DNA of 64,000 nt from the NCBI RefSeq assembly GCF_963921235.1, contig NC_086097.1:37140001-37204000 (forward strand). The letters run 5' to 3'. Each line of letters starts with the position of its first letter. The stretch's first letter is position 1. This document shows, piece by piece, positions 63,093 to 64,000 of this stretch. The notes below the pieces were generated by a model. The model was not told where the DNA came from, made no database searches, and saw only the letters and a program-made list of their open reading frames with translations. Both the position numbers and the translations under genes were made by a program. Source of the DNA: Mobula hypostoma (Eukaryota).

Positions 63093-64000
63093 TGACCCAA
63101 TTCCTTCAAGACAATTCTCTTCAAGCCTATTCCCGTTCCATCCAAAATGCTCAAATCATTAATGCCAAAATTATCCATGAAATCCTATGAAGGTGGTGCA
63201 ATAACCATCCACGGAAATACTAACCCTCACTTATGATTACCTATGGAACTCATTATGCCTCCCAAGCTTAACTTTACAAATACTTAACCATCCAGATATA
63301 TGAAACATATCCTATTCCTTTTCATCCCCACTAAATCCCATCCTTTTACTGGCTTGTTCCCATTATTACAATTTTAACTTCAGATCCGCCACAGCTTTTC
63401 TACTTTCTCCAATATCTTATAACAACCTTCTTGCACACAGCCTTATATCTCAGTTTTATATACTAAAGTCCTACTTCCATAGTTCAATAATCTTCAATCA
63501 TCTTACTCTCTTATCTTTTTTCATCTCGTATTCCTCTGTTTTCAGCTGCTTTAAAAGAACTCAAGGCCAATAAAAAAAAGGGGTCAAATTTACTTTTACA
63601 CTTGGGTGCATCTTCTGCATCAATCCAGGTAAGAGTGATAATTTCAAATGCACTATAGAAACCGAGGTATATAAAGACATCGGAGAAAATAAAAATACAG
63701 TACATGGGGAACTCTCATGAATATAATAGGCTGAATTCAAATCCTGAAAACTACATTATTTAGGCAAACTTTACTCCTTGAAAAGTTAATGACATTTAAA
63801 ATACAGGGCTGAAAGTATGCTTTCAGGAGGAAAAGAATAGCATGATGGAAAAAACGTTATTTTGGTTTCCAAAAGGCTCCCAATAAGATTCCCAGCAAAT
63901 AATGAACAAACAAAATAGATCCAATGGAGTGAAAGAGAATTAGTTAAAGAAGTAACAAGTTGCTGTTATAACTGAAACAAAGGGTGATTTAAATAATGCA

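Noticed and set aside
63095..63710. Possible decayed coding or LINE sequence, including ORF 63511-63705
   Set aside because: No recognisable motif; cannot assign.
60136..64000. Upstream MNAT1 exon (VFNLTNN..QKNKLKL-like)
   Set aside because: Not found by eye; presumably beyond the right edge.
1..64000. CRISPR array, operon, retron or other prokaryotic RT system; tRNA/rRNA
   Set aside because: No regularly spaced repeats and no gene-dense organisation; all RT motifs belong to eukaryotic LINE/PLE clades within spliceosomal introns.

Overview
Eukaryotic vertebrate genomic DNA, most likely a cartilaginous fish (ray or shark), inferred from the repeat families. The whole window lies inside the MNAT1 (MAT1, CDK-activating kinase assembly factor) gene on the minus strand. 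Three coding exons are present: 59995-60135, 58716-58841 and 41572-41693. They are 141, 126 and 122 bp, all GT-AG, and match human exons 5-7 as recalled. The next intron exceeds 41.5 kb and runs off the left edge. The introns are a nested pile of mostly decayed transposons: CR1, Rex1/Babar-like, L1/Tx1 and RTE LINEs, Penelope-like elements (PLEs), a solo LTR, and hAT, Tc1 and pogo/Tigger DNA transposons. The most interesting signal is in the PLE termini. They carry a minimal hammerhead-ribozyme motif and repeatedly insert as fold-back (inverted) structures with a one-sided tail and 14-15 bp target-site duplications (TSDs). One copy is a 141-bp unit that begins exactly at the ribozyme. No prokaryotic genes, CRISPR arrays, tRNA or rRNA are supported. 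Repeat boundaries were set by eye and are approximate unless a TSD or terminal inverted repeat (TIR) is quoted.
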